Assembly: GCA_947632205.1 (NCBI GenBank)
Contig: CANROK010000001.1
Location: forward strand, 4,682-68,681
Direction of reading: 5' to 3'
DNA: 64,000 nucleotides
Origin: an uncultured Bacilli bacterium
GTDB taxonomy: Bacteria; Bacillota_I; Bacilli_A; RF39; UBA660
Shown here: positions 9,971 through 20,845 of the stretch, one piece after another
How positions within the stretch are numbered: position 1 is the stretch's first letter
Layout: every line of letters starts with the position of its first letter
Position numbers and translations under genes: made by a program
Notes under the pieces: generated by a model
What the model saw: the letters and a program-made list of their open reading frames with translations, nothing else
Told to the model about the DNA's origin: nothing
Database searches by the model: none

Positions 9971-10024
9971 AAGAGAAATGAATGAAAAGTTCATTTCTTT
10001 TAAAATAATTAAAGAGGTATGTAG

Positions 10025-10675
10025 ATGAAAAATAAAAAAAATATTATTATGATAGTAGTAATAGTTATATTCATTTGTTTAATTAGTGTTATTCCCGTTT
10101 ATAGATTGAGTCATACTAGTATTTCTGTTGAAAAAAATGGTTTAAAAATAACATCTTCAAGTAAAAAAAATAAAAATAATTATGTTAAAGATAAAAATAC
10201 TATAATCTTATCATCTCAAGAAAAAATGTCTGCAAATAATAAAGAAAAGAAATTTATAGAATTTAAAATAGCTGGTGAAAGTGAAGTTGCAAGTAATGTA
10301 ATTTTTAATATAACAGGAAATACAATTTATTTAAAGCAAGGAAAATATCGTGATATGACAACCAATGATATTAATGTTACTTTTAGTTTACAAGAAGATT
10401 ATTATCCTATAATTTATACATTAACTAAAAATGGTGAAGAAATAGGAAAAGGAAATTTAAATTCTATTAAAAATATTTTTAATAAAAATGAAATAATAGA
10501 TAAGAATAAAGAAGTAAATGATGTTTATAATTTATCTTGGGAATGGGTAAGCACTAATAGTAAAGCTGATAATTATTTAAGTAAAGCATTAGATGGGGCT
10601 GTAGTAGCAACATCAGAAAATTATAATATTACCGAAAGTTTTAAAATTGAATTAAAAATAGAAGAAGTAAAATAA
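10025..10675 (+). CDS. membrane-anchored hypothetical protein
   Basis: It has an N-terminal TM helix and RBS AAAGAGG. No family was recognised. Confidence 0.5.
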   Translation: MKNKKNIIMIVVIVIFICLISVIPVYRLSHTSISVEKNGLKITSSSKKNKNNYVKDKNTIILSSQEKMSANNKEKKFIEFKIAGESEVASNVIFNITGNTIYLKQGKYRDMTTNDINVTFSLQEDYYPIIYTLTKNGEEIGKGNLNSIKNIFNKNEIIDKNKEVNDVYNLSWEWVSTNSKADNYLSKALDGAVVATSENYNITESFKIELKIEEVK

Positions 10676-10697
10676 GTTCTAAATGAACTTTTTTTAT
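10674..10697 (+). terminator. intrinsic terminator aagttc/gaactt + T-run
   Basis: A hairpin is followed by TTTTTT. Confidence 0.5.
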
Positions 10698-10730
10698 TGA
10701 CATAATTTTTAAAGTATATTAATATATAAG

Positions 10731-10752
10731 TATATGAACAGATATTCATATA
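10731..10752. promoter_or_regulatory. putative ArsR/CadC operator, inverted repeat TATATGAA-N6-TTCATATA
   Basis: A perfect 8-bp inverted repeat with a 6-bp spacer lies between a TTGACA-containing promoter region and the cadC RBS. Confidence 0.5.
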
Positions 10753-10763
10753 TGGAGGAAGTT

Positions 10764-11057
10764 ATGGAATTGTTAAGTGAAGATAAATTAATCGATATGG
10801 CTGAATTATTTAAAATATTTGGTGATTCAACGCGTGTAAAAATAATTAATATTTTATTAGATAAAGAATTATGTGTTTGTGAAATATCGGAATTAGTTAA
10901 AGCTAGCCAATCGGCAGTATCCCATCAATTAAGAATATTAAAACAATCAAAATTAGTTAAATATCGTAAAGATGGTAATTGTACATATTATTCTTTAAGT
11001 GATGATCATGTAAAAAAAATATTTATGTTAGGACGTGAACATTTAGATGAAATGTAG
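10764..11057 (+). CDS. cadC: ArsR/SmtB-family metalloregulator (CadC-like)
   Basis: ELCVCEISELV is a metal-binding CVC motif, and SAVSHQLRIL is a wHTH recognition helix. An RBS GGAGGAAG precedes the ATG at 10764; the longer track ORF starts at 10734. Confidence 0.75.
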   Translation: MELLSEDKLIDMAELFKIFGDSTRVKIINILLDKELCVCEISELVKASQSAVSHQLRILKQSKLVKYRKDGNCTYYSLSDDHVKKIFMLGREHLDEM

Positions 11058-13080
11058 ATATAAATTAAATGCACTTGATTGTGCTAATTGTGCTAAAAAA
11101 ATTGAAGAGGCCCTAAATAAAGAAGATAGTATTAATAAAGCAGTAGTTAACTTTGCCAAGTTAACTATTGTAGTAGATACTGATAATAAAGATGCTAAAA
11201 AATTAGTTCAAGATATAGTAAAAAGAGTAGATAGTGATGTTAAAGTAATGGATGAATCAGAAACTAATAAAAATAATATTAAATTTGATATTATTCGTTT
11301 ATTACTTGGAATTATATTCTTTATTTTATCTATGATTATTCATATACCTTTAATACATCAAATACTTATTATTTTAGCTTATATAGTATTATTATTTAGA
11401 GTTATAAAAAAAGCATTCTTAATGCTTATAAGAAGTTTTACGATAGATGAAAATTTATTAGTTACCATATCTTGTGTGGGAGCATATTTTACTAATAATA
11501 TTCATGAAGGATTAATGGTTATTACTCTTTATGAGATTGGTAAAATATTAGAGGGTATTGCTGTTAATAATTCAAGAAAATCAATTAGTGATTTAATGGA
11601 TATAAAACCAGAATATGCTAATTTAGAGAGTAATAATAAAATAATTAAAGTAAGTCCAGAAGAAGTTAATATAAATGATATAATCGTAGTTAAAAAAGGA
11701 GAAAAAATACCTTTAGATGGTATCGTTATTGAAGGTGAATCGAAACTTGATAATAAGGCCTTAACTGGAGAAAGTAGATTAACATTTGTATCTAAAAATA
11801 GTGAAGTATTATCTGGTAGTATTAATATGGATAATGTACTTAGAATAAAAGTATTAAAAGAATATGAAAATAGTACCGTATCTCAAATCTTATCTTTAGT
11901 AGAAAATGCTACTGATAAAAAAGCTAAAACCGAAAATTTTGTTTCTAAAGCTGCTAAAATATATACCCCAATTATTTTATTACTAGCCATATTAATAATT
12001 ATTATTTTACCTTTATTTCCAAGCATATCTATCCATGATGCTATCTATAGAGCATTAGTATTCTTAGTAGTATCTTGTCCATGTGCAATAGCTATTTCTG
12101 TGCCTTTATCATATTTTTCTGGTATTGGGGCATCAAGTAAAAATGGTATTTTAATAAAGGGTAGTAATTTTCTTGAAGCATCATCATCTTTAAAAGAAAT
12201 TATTTTTGATAAGACAGGTACTATTACTACGGGAGATGATTTAAATTATCAATTAGAAATATTAGATAAAGAATATAAAAAAGATGAAATAATAAATTAT
12301 TATGTAAGTGGCGAAGCATTATCAAATCATCCCATTGCTAAAAATATTTTAAATATATTTAATGATATAAAGCCAAAAAAAGTAAATGATTTTAAAGAAA
12401 TAAGTGGTAAGGGAATAACATTTAATATAAAAAAAGATAATATTAAAATTGGATCTTCTAAATATTGTGAAGGAGATACAAATGATAATGGTATATATTT
12501 AAATGTTAATAATAAAAATATTGCTAAATTAATTATCAATGATGGTATAAAAAAAGAAGCAAAAGAGACAATAGCATCTTTAAAGAATTTAGGTATCAAT
12601 GTTAAGATGTTTACTGGTGATAGTAAAGATATTGCTTTAGATATTGCTAGTAAAGTAGGAATAGATGATGTATCTTATGAACTACTTCCTAAAGATAAAT
12701 ATGAATTATTAGAAAGTGAAATAGAAAAATATAATGGTGCTGTTGCCTTTGTTGGTGATGGAATTAATGATGCACCTGCCTTAAGAATTGCAAGGGTTGG
12801 TATATCTATGGGTAGTATTGGTAGTGCATCTGCTATTGAAGCAAGTGATATTGTTATTATGAATGATAATTTAGATAGTTTATTGACACTTTTTAAAATA
12901 TCAAAGAAGACTAATAAAATAATTAAACAAAATTTAATCTTTGCAATAGGTATTAAAGTATTAGTGTTAATACTTAGTGGTTTAGGTCTTGCAACAATGT
13001 GGGAAGCAGTTTTTGCTGATACGGGTGTTACACTCTTAACAATATTAAATACAACAAGAATATTAAAAAATAAAAAATAG
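11047..13080 (+). CDS. cadA: heavy-metal (Cd/Zn-type) translocating P1B-type ATPase
   Basis: It has an N-terminal HMA CANC motif, a CPC transmembrane motif (SCPCAIAIS), the DKTGT phosphorylation site and the GDGINDAP hinge. It overlaps cadC by 11 nt. Confidence 0.85.
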   Translation: MKCRYKLNALDCANCAKKIEEALNKEDSINKAVVNFAKLTIVVDTDNKDAKKLVQDIVKRVDSDVKVMDESETNKNNIKFDIIRLLLGIIFFILSMIIHIPLIHQILIILAYIVLLFRVIKKAFLMLIRSFTIDENLLVTISCVGAYFTNNIHEGLMVITLYEIGKILEGIAVNNSRKSISDLMDIKPEYANLESNNKIIKVSPEEVNINDIIVVKKGEKIPLDGIVIEGESKLDNKALTGESRLTFVSKNSEVLSGSINMDNVLRIKVLKEYENSTVSQILSLVENATDKKAKTENFVSKAAKIYTPIILLLAILIIIILPLFPSISIHDAIYRALVFLVVSCPCAIAISVPLSYFSGIGASSKNGILIKGSNFLEASSSLKEIIFDKTGTITTGDDLNYQLEILDKEYKKDEIINYYVSGEALSNHPIAKNILNIFNDIKPKKVNDFKEISGKGITFNIKKDNIKIGSSKYCEGDTNDNGIYLNVNNKNIAKLIINDGIKKEAKETIASLKNLGINVKMFTGDSKDIALDIASKVGIDDVSYELLPKDKYELLESEIEKYNGAVAFVGDGINDAPALRIARVGISMGSIGSASAIEASDIVIMNDNLDSLLTLFKISKKTNKIIKQNLIFAIGIKVLVLILSGLGLATMWEAVFADTGVTLLTILNTTRILKNKK

Positions 13081-13095
13081 TTAAACTAAGCAAAT

Positions 13096-13857
13096 TTAAC
13101 TATTTTTTCTTGTCTTACGATGTTGAATAAAACTAGTAATAATAAGTTGTAACCTATATGGTATAAATCTTATTCCAAATATTCCTAATTTCATCATTAG
13201 AGTAGGAATAATAATCATTTTACCTTTAAACATTTTATCTATCCCATATTTAGCAACATATTCACTTGAGGTTTCTCTTAAACTAAAATTACCTTTAGCA
13301 ACTTTAGTAAATTCTGTACTAGTTGGTCCTGGACATAATGTACATACTTTAACATTACTTTTTATTTGTCTTAATTCTTCATTAATAGCCATTGATAATT
13401 TAAGTAAATAATTTTTAGTAGCATAGTAAGTATTCAAATGAGGACCAGCCATAAATCCTGCACTTGATGCTACATTTAAAATATAACCTTTATCTTTTTT
13501 AACAAAATCTTGTAAAAATAATTTAGTTAAAATATGTGGTGCTTTAATATTAACATCAATCATATTGAGTTCAGTATCTAAATCAGTTTTGATAAAATCA
13601 CCAAATAAACCAAAACCAGCATTATTAATTAATATATCAATATCATCATTTTTACATTTATCATATAATTTATAAACATTATCTTCATGGCTTAAATCCA
13701 TTTCAATTATTTTAACATTAACATCTAATTCTTTTTTTAATTCTTCTAATTTATCTTTTCTTCTTGCTACTAATATTAAATCAATATTTAATGTATTTAA
13801 GTATCTAGCCATGTCTCTTCCAATACCAGAAGAGGCCCCAGTTACAAGTGCTTTCAT
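13096..13857 (-). CDS. SDR-family short-chain dehydrogenase/reductase
   Basis: It has a TGASSGIG Rossmann motif, an NNAG motif and a YxxxK (YYATK) catalytic motif. The start overlaps the uvrB stop (ATGA). Confidence 0.8.
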   Translation of the reverse strand: MKALVTGASSGIGRDMARYLNTLNIDLILVARRKDKLEELKKELDVNVKIIEMDLSHEDNVYKLYDKCKNDDIDILINNAGFGLFGDFIKTDLDTELNMIDVNIKAPHILTKLFLQDFVKKDKGYILNVASSAGFMAGPHLNTYYATKNYLLKLSMAINEELRQIKSNVKVCTLCPGPTSTEFTKVAKGNFSLRETSSEYVAKYGIDKMFKGKMIIIPTLMMKLGIFGIRFIPYRLQLIITSFIQHRKTRKNS

Positions 13858-15809
13858 AATTTATATTCTCCTTTAAGTTCAAATAAGATATCTCTAAGTT
13901 CCATAGCCCTTTCAAAGTCTAAGTTTTTCGCAGCTTCTTTCATTTCCATTTCAATATTTTGAATCATATTAACTGCTTCTTTCTTACTAACTTTAGCTTT
14001 CTTTTCACTTTTTTCAATTTTATTAGAAATAACTTCTTTAATATCTTTAATAATAGTCTTAGGTACTATACCATGTTCTTTATTATATTTATCTTGAATT
14101 TCTCTTCTTCTTTTTGTTTCATCGATAGCTATTTTCATGGCATCACTTATCATATCAGCATACATAATAACCATACCATTTTCATTTCTAGCGCATCTTC
14201 CAATAGTTTGAATTAAACTACGATCACTTCTTAAGAACCCTTGTTTATCAGCATCTAAAATACATATTAAACTTACTTCCGGTATATCGATTCCTTCTCT
14301 AAGTAGATTGATACCTACAACCACATCATAGATACCACATCTTAAATCATGAATAATTTTAAGACGCTCTAAAGTTTTAATTTCATTATGTAAATAAGCA
14401 ACTTTAATATTCATTTCCTTTAAATAGTTAGTAAGTTCTTCACTCATTCTAATAGTTAGAGTAGTAATTAAAACTCTTTCATTTTTTTTGATTCTTTTGT
14501 TAATTTCCCCAATTATATCATCTATTTGTCCTTCCGTTTCTCTTACTTCAATAATTGGATCAAGTAAACCAGTTGGTCTAATAATTTGTTCAACTACTTC
14601 ATGATTAACTTTTTCAAGTTCATAATCACCTGGTGTTGCAGAAACATAAATAGCATTTTTTATTTTACTTTCAAATTCTGGGAATTTAAGAGGTCTATTA
14701 TCAAGGGCACTAGGTAGACGGAAACCATAATCTACTAAAGTTTGTTTACGCATTCTATCTCCATTATACATACCTCTTACTTGGGGAAGAGTAACATGTG
14801 ATTCATCTACCACAAGTAAAAAATCATCAGGCATAAAATCAATTAAACAAGTTGGTGTTACACCTTCTTCTCTTAAAGCTAAATGTCTTGCATAATTTTC
14901 CACACCATTACAATAGCCAGTTTCTCTAAGCATCTCTAAATCATAATTAACTCTTTCTTTGATTCTTTGTTCTTCAATAAATTTATTATTATCATGGAAG
15001 TATTTAACTCTTTCTTCACATTCTTTTTCAATTCTTCTAATAGCTTCTTCCATTTTATCTGGACTTGTAACAAAGTGAGAAGCAGGGGATATAACTATTG
15101 TTTTTTTACTTTCTTTAACAACTCCCGTTAAAGGATCAAAAACAACTAAACTATCAACTTTATCATCATCAAGCTCAATTCTAATACCACTTTCTCTTTC
15201 ATTAACAGGTATAATATCAATACTATTTCCTCTAACTCTAAAAGTACCACGATGAAAATCTAAATCACTTCTTTCATATGTCATATCAACAAGTTTATCA
15301 ATAATATAATTTCTTTTAATATTATCCCCAATATTTAATACTAACATATTTTTTTCATATTCTTCTTTTTCGCCAATACCATATATACATGATACAGAAG
15401 CAACTACAATAACATCACGATAATTGATTAATGCTGATGTAGCACTATGTCTAAGTTCATCTATTTCATCATTAATTGATGCATCTTTTTCAATATAAGT
15501 ATCACTTGATGGAACATATGCTTCCGGTTGATAATAATCATAATATGAAACAAAATACTCAACATGGTTATTTGGAAATAATTCTTTAAATTCTGAATAT
15601 AATTGACCTGCTAAAGTTTTATTATGAGCAAGTACTAGAGTTGGCTTATTTACTTCTTTAATAACATTTGCTATAGTAAAAGTTTTACCAGTACCTGTTG
15701 CTCCAAGTAGTACTTGTTCTTTTTTATTATCTTGTATTCCTTTAACTAATTTTTTTATAGCATCAGGTTGATCACCACTAGGTTTATAATTTGATACTAA
15801 TTCAAACAT
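13854..15809 (-). CDS. uvrB: excinuclease ABC subunit B
   Basis: Walker A GATGTGKT is present, along with helicase motifs and a C-terminal UvrB/UvrC interaction coiled coil. It is full length (~651 aa). Confidence 0.95.
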   Translation of the reverse strand: MFELVSNYKPSGDQPDAIKKLVKGIQDNKKEQVLLGATGTGKTFTIANVIKEVNKPTLVLAHNKTLAGQLYSEFKELFPNNHVEYFVSYYDYYQPEAYVPSSDTYIEKDASINDEIDELRHSATSALINYRDVIVVASVSCIYGIGEKEEYEKNMLVLNIGDNIKRNYIIDKLVDMTYERSDLDFHRGTFRVRGNSIDIIPVNERESGIRIELDDDKVDSLVVFDPLTGVVKESKKTIVISPASHFVTSPDKMEEAIRRIEKECEERVKYFHDNNKFIEEQRIKERVNYDLEMLRETGYCNGVENYARHLALREEGVTPTCLIDFMPDDFLLVVDESHVTLPQVRGMYNGDRMRKQTLVDYGFRLPSALDNRPLKFPEFESKIKNAIYVSATPGDYELEKVNHEVVEQIIRPTGLLDPIIEVRETEGQIDDIIGEINKRIKKNERVLITTLTIRMSEELTNYLKEMNIKVAYLHNEIKTLERLKIIHDLRCGIYDVVVGINLLREGIDIPEVSLICILDADKQGFLRSDRSLIQTIGRCARNENGMVIMYADMISDAMKIAIDETKRRREIQDKYNKEHGIVPKTIIKDIKEVISNKIEKSEKKAKVSKKEAVNMIQNIEMEMKEAAKNLDFERAMELRDILFELKGEYKL

Positions 15810-16031
15810 AATATCACATCCAATTTCAAATTTATTTTAGCATTTCTATTATAATAAAACAAGAATTTGCTTCTTGTTATTATTATTAACAATTATTATA
15901 TAAATTAAAATGTATTTTCTTGTAAAAAAATCATACTAATTTCACAATTTTATATTATAATGTAATATGTGTGGTAATTTGTTATTTAAATTATTTTAAT
16001 TTAATGATATATTACTTAAGGAGGGTTCAAC

Positions 16032-19000
16032 ATGTTAGAGATAAAGAACATAAAAAAAGAATATAGTACTGATGGTTTTAAACAAAGGGCCTTAGATAAT
16101 GTTTCTGTTAGCTTCAGAAAGTGTGAATTTGCTAGTATCCTTGGTCCATCTGGAAGTGGAAAAACAACTTTTTTAAATATAATTGGTGGTCTTGATCATT
16201 ATGATTCAGGAAATTTAATAATAGATGGTGTTAGTACTAAAGATTTTAAAGATGCTGATTGGGATAGTTATCGAAATCATCGTATTGGTTTTGTTTTTCA
16301 AAGTTATAATTTAATAACACATCAAACTGTTCTATCTAATGTTAAATTAGCTTTAACTTTGTCTGGTATTTCGAAAAGAGAAGCCACTGAAATGGCTAAA
16401 AAAGCGTTAATTGAAGTTGGACTTAAAGACCATATTAATAAAAGACCAAATCAATTATCTGGTGGTCAAATGCAAAGAGTGGCTATAGCAAGAGCGTTAG
16501 TTAACAATCCCGATATTATTTTAGCTGATGAACCAACTGGAGCCCTAGATAGTGAAACAAGTATTCAAATAATGAATGTCTTAAAGAAAATATCTAAAGA
16601 TAAATTAGTAATTATGGTAACACATAATCCTGATCTTGCTAAAGAATATTCAACTAGAATTATTAATTTAAAAGATGGAAAAATAATATCAGATTCTAAT
16701 CCTTATGATGGAAAAAATGAAAAAATAGAAAATGAAAATAATAATAAAAGTGATAAAACAAAAATGAAATTTTTAACTGCTTTAGGTTTATCTTTCAATA
16801 ATTTAATGACGAAAAAAGCTCGTACTATTTTAGTAGCTCTAGCAGGTTCAATTGGTATAATTGGTATTGCTTTAATTATGTCTGTTTCCACTGGTTTTCA
16901 AAATTATGTAGATTCCATTCAAGAAGAAACAATGACTTCTTATCCTTTATCTATAACGGAGGAAACTGGCGATTTAACAAGTATGCTTTTATCTTTAACG
17001 AGTAAAGATAATAGTAATACTAATAAAAATGAGGTAGTAGAGCAACAAAGTATTACTTCGATGTTATCAAGTATAAGTACTAATGATTTAAAAAGCTTTA
17101 AAAAATATTTAGAAGATAATCAAGATATTATTGATAAAGATTTAAGTAATATAAAATATACATATAATATAGTACCAAATATATATACGATTGATGTTAC
17201 TAATAAAATAACTAAGTTAAATCCAAGTAATTTATTAACCACAATTGTTGGTGAAAATAGTATTGTTGGTTCAATGTCATCATATTCATCTGTATATTCA
17301 GAAATGGTTGATAATATTGATGAGATAAAAGAACAATATGATGTAGTAGCGGGAAGATACCCAAAAAACTATGATGAAGTAATTATGGTTTTAACAGACA
17401 AGAATAAAATATCTGATTTACTTGTATATTCACTAGGGTTAAGAGATAATGAAGAATTAAAAAAGATGGTAACTAATCTTATAAATGGTGAAGCGAATAA
17501 AGTAGAAAATGAACCAATGAGTTTTAGTTATGAAGATTTAATGAATATTGATTTAAGAGTAGTTATTCCGACAGAATTATATAGATATAATAGTAAATAT
17601 GATATTTATGAAGATATGAGTTCTCATGAAGATACCATGAAAGATGTATATGATAAAGCTTTAAAATTAAAAATAGTTGGTATTGTATCGCCAAAAGAAG
17701 GAAGTATGAATACAATGGCTTTAAGTCCTGGTATCAATTATACTTCTGATTTAACTAAATATATTATTAATGAAACTAAAGATAAAGATATTGTTAAAAA
17801 ACAATTAGCAAATCCAGAGATAGATGTATTTTCTGGTAAAGAATTTGCAGATAAAAATAATAAGTTTGATTTTGAACTTAGTGATTTAATTGAAATAGAT
17901 AAAGAAAAGTTGCAAAGTGCTTTTAATATTAATATTGATGAAGAAAAAATGCAAAAAGATACGGCTGCATCAATGAATGAAATATTAAATTCAATTACAA
18001 CGGATACATCTAAGGCAAAAAAGATGTTTACAGATAATTTAAATCTTTTTGCAAGTGAAATATTTACTACAATTAATGGTGAATTTGCTTTAAGTGATGT
18101 AGATAATATTGTTAATACTTATTTAGATAGTACATCAGTTGTTTTAAAATTACAAGAAATGGAAAATGCCTATGTTGTTCCTAAAGATACTTTTAAATTA
18201 ACTTATAGTGGTATCCTAAAATCATTATTACAAGCTTATATTGCTGGTTATAATGAATATGCAAAATTAAATAATAGTGATTATGTAGTAGATGAAGAGA
18301 ATCCTAAAGCAATAGTTATTGATATAATTAAACAAACAGTTTTAGATTCTTACTTAAATAGTGCGCAAATAGTTATGGTAAGTGAAAAAATGGGTAGTGC
18401 TATGACTGAGGCGTTAATGAAAAAAGAAGTTTTAACTAAAGTTGGAGAACTTACAGCAAGTTATACAAGTGCTTTAGCTAGTTCATTTAATGTTGATGAA
18501 ACGAAGATAGCATCGGCTTTTAAATTAAAATATACAGAAGAAGAGTTAACAAGAATCATATCAGCAATGATGAGTCCTACGGAAGCTAGTGCTAAATCTA
18601 ATTTAGTATCTTTAGGATATCAAGATTTAGATGAACCAACAATGATATCATTTTATTTTAAAGATTTTGATAGTAAAGAAGATTTTATTAATTTCTTAGA
18701 TAAATATAATGCTACAGTAGAAGAAGAAAAGAAAATAAATTATACTGATACAACTGGTATTTTAATGGATTCAGTTAAAACAATTGTTAATGCTGTTAGT
18801 TATGTTTTAATTGCTTTTGTATCAATTTCTTTAGTTGTATCAAGTATTATGATTGGGGTAATAACATATATATCTGTTTATGAAAGAACAAAAGAAATTG
18901 GTATTCTAAGAGCTATTGGTGCCTCTAAGAGAAATGTTTCTTCTATCTTTAATGCTGAAACATTTATTATTGGTTTATTATCTGGCTTACTAGGTATTGG

Positions 19001-19199
19001 CATATCTTATGCATTAATTCCAATTATAAATGCTGTTTTACATCATTATACTGGTAATATTCCATTATCGGCATCACTAGCTATAGATCGAGCTTTAATT
19101 TTAATTATCTTAAGTGTTATCCTTACTTTGATTGGTGGTTTGATCCCAGCAAGAGCTGCCTCTAAAAAAGATCCAGTTGAAGCTTTAAGAAGTGAATAG
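16032..19199 (+). CDS. fused ABC transporter ATP-binding protein/permease, MacB/FtsX-type, with large extracytoplasmic domain
   Basis: The N-terminal ABC ATPase has Walker A GPSGSGKT, signature LSGGQ and Walker B ILADE. A TM helix is followed by a ~600-aa soluble domain and a C-terminal FtsX-like 3-TM bundle. Confidence 0.85.
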   Translation: MLEIKNIKKEYSTDGFKQRALDNVSVSFRKCEFASILGPSGSGKTTFLNIIGGLDHYDSGNLIIDGVSTKDFKDADWDSYRNHRIGFVFQSYNLITHQTVLSNVKLALTLSGISKREATEMAKKALIEVGLKDHINKRPNQLSGGQMQRVAIARALVNNPDIILADEPTGALDSETSIQIMNVLKKISKDKLVIMVTHNPDLAKEYSTRIINLKDGKIISDSNPYDGKNEKIENENNNKSDKTKMKFLTALGLSFNNLMTKKARTILVALAGSIGIIGIALIMSVSTGFQNYVDSIQEETMTSYPLSITEETGDLTSMLLSLTSKDNSNTNKNEVVEQQSITSMLSSISTNDLKSFKKYLEDNQDIIDKDLSNIKYTYNIVPNIYTIDVTNKITKLNPSNLLTTIVGENSIVGSMSSYSSVYSEMVDNIDEIKEQYDVVAGRYPKNYDEVIMVLTDKNKISDLLVYSLGLRDNEELKKMVTNLINGEANKVENEPMSFSYEDLMNIDLRVVIPTELYRYNSKYDIYEDMSSHEDTMKDVYDKALKLKIVGIVSPKEGSMNTMALSPGINYTSDLTKYIINETKDKDIVKKQLANPEIDVFSGKEFADKNNKFDFELSDLIEIDKEKLQSAFNINIDEEKMQKDTAASMNEILNSITTDTSKAKKMFTDNLNLFASEIFTTINGEFALSDVDNIVNTYLDSTSVVLKLQEMENAYVVPKDTFKLTYSGILKSLLQAYIAGYNEYAKLNNSDYVVDEENPKAIVIDIIKQTVLDSYLNSAQIVMVSEKMGSAMTEALMKKEVLTKVGELTASYTSALASSFNVDETKIASAFKLKYTEEELTRIISAMMSPTEASAKSNLVSLGYQDLDEPTMISFYFKDFDSKEDFINFLDKYNATVEEEKKINYTDTTGILMDSVKTIVNAVSYVLIAFVSISLVVSSIMIGVITYISVYERTKEIGILRAIGASKRNVSSIFNAETFIIGLLSGLLGIGISYALIPIINAVLHHYTGNIPLSASLAIDRALILIILSVILTLIGGLIPARAASKKDPVEALRSE

Positions 19200-19200
19200 A

Positions 19201-19228
19201 AACAAATAGTCAAATATTTGTTTTTTTC
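19201..19228 (+). terminator. intrinsic terminator aacaaata/tatttgtt + T7
   Basis: An 8-bp stem is followed by a T-run right after the ABC stop. Confidence 0.6.
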
Positions 19229-19307
19229 ATGTCTAATTAATTGGTATGTAAGTATTTAAACTATAAAAAACTATAAAAATATGGTATATTTATTTTAGGT
19301 GAAAAGA

Positions 19308-19970
19308 ATGAAAGAAAAATTCAAAGCAATTGGTATGCAATTTTTATTAATATTGTTATATATTTTTTTATCATTTGTTTTGACAGGAATTTTCTTTCAT
19401 TTTCTAACAAATAATAATGTATTTATTAAAACACTTTCTTATATAACTTTAGATTTAATCATTTTAACAATTTATATTATTATATTTAGAAAAACTATCG
19501 TCCCTGATTTTGAAGATTTTAAAAAGAATGGTAAAAAATATATCAATGATAATATTAAATATTATTTAATAGGATTAATAATCATGTTTATTACTAATAG
19601 TATTATTTCTTTATTTATAGGAATGCCTCAAAATGAAGAAGCAAATAGAGAACTATTAAGTAATTTACCAGTTGCATCTATTTTATCAGTTTTGGTCTTT
19701 GCTCCCATTACGGAAGAATTATTAACAAGAGTAGCGTTAAAGGATAAATTTAAACATAAAATAATATATATTTTTTTATCGGGCTTTGTTTTTGGTTTAT
19801 TACATGTAATATTTTCATCTCAAAAAATAGTAGAATTATTGTTTATTATCCCTTATGGAGCACTAGGGTGTGCCCTAGCTAAAATTTACGATAATTCAAA
19901 TAATGTTTGGACAAATATTTTTTATCATTCATTTCATAATTTAATATGTGTATTATTATTAACTTTGTAA
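19308..19970 (+). CDS. CPBP-family (CAAX) intramembrane metalloprotease
   Basis: It has EELLTR and FxxxH motifs (ITEELLTRVAL, FGLLH) and is polytopic. The track start is a GTG; the start is placed at the ATG at 19308. Confidence 0.7.
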   Translation: MKEKFKAIGMQFLLILLYIFLSFVLTGIFFHFLTNNNVFIKTLSYITLDLIILTIYIIIFRKTIVPDFEDFKKNGKKYINDNIKYYLIGLIIMFITNSIISLFIGMPQNEEANRELLSNLPVASILSVLVFAPITEELLTRVALKDKFKHKIIYIFLSGFVFGLLHVIFSSQKIVELLFIIPYGALGCALAKIYDNSNNVWTNIFYHSFHNLICVLLLTL

Positions 19971-19979
19971 GGAGTGTTT

Positions 19980-20777
19980 ATGAAAAGATTTTTTGCTATA
20001 TTAATACTTATTTTTTTAATTATATTTTTATATGGTAGATTTATTGAAATTAATAATATAAAAATAAATAGTTATGAGTTAGATGGTAGTGTACTTCCAG
20101 AAAGTTTTAAAGAATTAAAAATAGTTCATTTTTCTGATTTACTATATGTTAAAAATGAAGAACAATTAAAAAAAGTGGTTAAATTAATAAATAATGAAGA
20201 TGCTGATATTGTTATTTTTAGTGGCGATTTATTTAATAAAACAATTAAATATAATGATGATGATTATCAAATAATAAAAGATAATTTAAAAAATATAGAA
20301 GCTAATTTATTTAAATTTGCTGTTGCTGGTGAGAATGATGAAAGTAATATAGATAAATATAAAGATATATTATATGATGCAGATTTTATTTATTTAGATA
20401 ATAGTAATAAATTATTATTTTATAAAGATGCTACTCCTATTAATATTATTGGTATTAATAATACAGATAATATTGAAACTTTACTAAATAGTGATATTGA
20501 AACAAATTATAATTTAGTAATAACTCATAAACCTGATTTATTTGAAAAAATAAGTAATTATAATGTCAATATTGTTTTAAGTGGTCATTCTCTAGGTGGT
20601 ATAATTAATATTCCATATTATGGAGGATTAATAAAAAAAGAAGGGGCTAAAAAATATCTTAATAATTATTATCAAAAAAATAATTCTATATTATATGTAT
20701 CAAATGGTTTAGGATATCAAAATTTTAATTTTAGATTATTAAATACCCCATCAATAAATGTTTATCGTTTTAAATAA
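19980..20777 (+). CDS. membrane-anchored calcineurin-like metallophosphoesterase
   Basis: An N-terminal TM helix is followed by HFSD, GDLF and GH motifs. The track start is a GTG; the start is placed at the ATG at 19980 after AAGGAG. Confidence 0.7.
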   Translation: MKRFFAILILIFLIIFLYGRFIEINNIKINSYELDGSVLPESFKELKIVHFSDLLYVKNEEQLKKVVKLINNEDADIVIFSGDLFNKTIKYNDDDYQIIKDNLKNIEANLFKFAVAGENDESNIDKYKDILYDADFIYLDNSNKLLFYKDATPINIIGINNTDNIETLLNSDIETNYNLVITHKPDLFEKISNYNVNIVLSGHSLGGIINIPYYGGLIKKEGAKKYLNNYYQKNNSILYVSNGLGYQNFNFRLLNTPSINVYRFK

Positions 20778-20845
20778 TTAAGGAATAATGCTAAGAATTA
20801 TTTCTTTTTTTTATTAATATAATTAACTAGCAAAAGGTGAGTTAA

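Noticed and set aside
12327-12599. 90-aa minus-strand ORF inside cadA, and similar small antisense ORFs (2760..2957, 4267..4578, 4992..5210, 13959..14216, 16703..16891, 22556..22807, 29739..29951, 30040..30234, 30660..30857, 34472..34660, 37966..38220, 39686..39880, 44968..45156, 47976..48630, 50525..50716, 53647..53856, 54701..54958, 58599..58877, 59534..59979, 61158..61449, 63178..63540)
   Set aside because: All overlap strongly supported genes on the other strand or in another frame. They lack RBSs and have hydrophobic or low-complexity translations expected from AT-rich antisense sequence.
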